A stretch of 64,000 bases of DNA, taken from positions 2,976,001 to 3,040,000 of the forward strand of contig OX597820.1 of assembly GCA_951406725.2 (NCBI GenBank), in the 5' to 3' direction. The stretch comes from Octopus vulgaris (taxonomy: Eukaryota). Shown in pieces: positions 63,857-64,000 of this stretch. The position numbers were made by a program, and so were the translations under genes. Positions within the stretch are counted from its first letter, which is position 1. Each line of letters starts with the position of its first letter. Below the pieces are notes generated by a model. The model was not told the origin of the DNA. It was given only the letters and a program-made list of their open reading frames with translations, and did not search any database.

Positions 63857-64000
63857 ATTCATTGTTCCCTTAATTTACTTCCCCAGCAATTGTCTCAATC
63901 AGAGAAGATGTGATCCCCTTTTTACATCCCCTTTTTTTCTTTTCTTGCTAGCACTTCAAGCAGAAAACCAGAGTGTGGTTTGGGAGGGGAGAGAAGATGC

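Overview
AT-rich, repeat-dense eukaryotic DNA. The SINE, microsatellite and piggyBac/hAT MITE landscape points to an octopus/coleoid cephalopod genome (inference). Two protein-coding genes converge. (1) A complete 4-exon ZCCHC24 orthologue on + (9224-9544, 35938-36120, 41174-41338, 42624-42737; 260 aa; all GT-AG, phase 0) with a 26-kb first intron. (2) The 3' end of a bMERB-domain gene (MICAL/MICAL-like/EHBP1 family) on - (exons 60888-60999 and 58126-58172, probable last exon 56785-56804). Almost all other ORF-track entries are repeat artefacts. The rest is tRNA-derived SINEs, decayed RTE, CR1, R4/Dong, CRE, HERO and Gypsy fragments, a Helitron, MITEs and a tRNA-Arg pseudogene. The most notable signal is about eight minimal type-I hammerhead ribozyme motifs, apparently from several families (13259, 21099, 24712, 28623, 46388, 47284, 61411, 62587). 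They sit among many short, non-coding, Penelope-like fold-back (hairpin) insertions, mostly next to microsatellites, and in several cases the fold-back point lies in or next to the ribozyme. All calls are by eye; no searches or folding programs were run.
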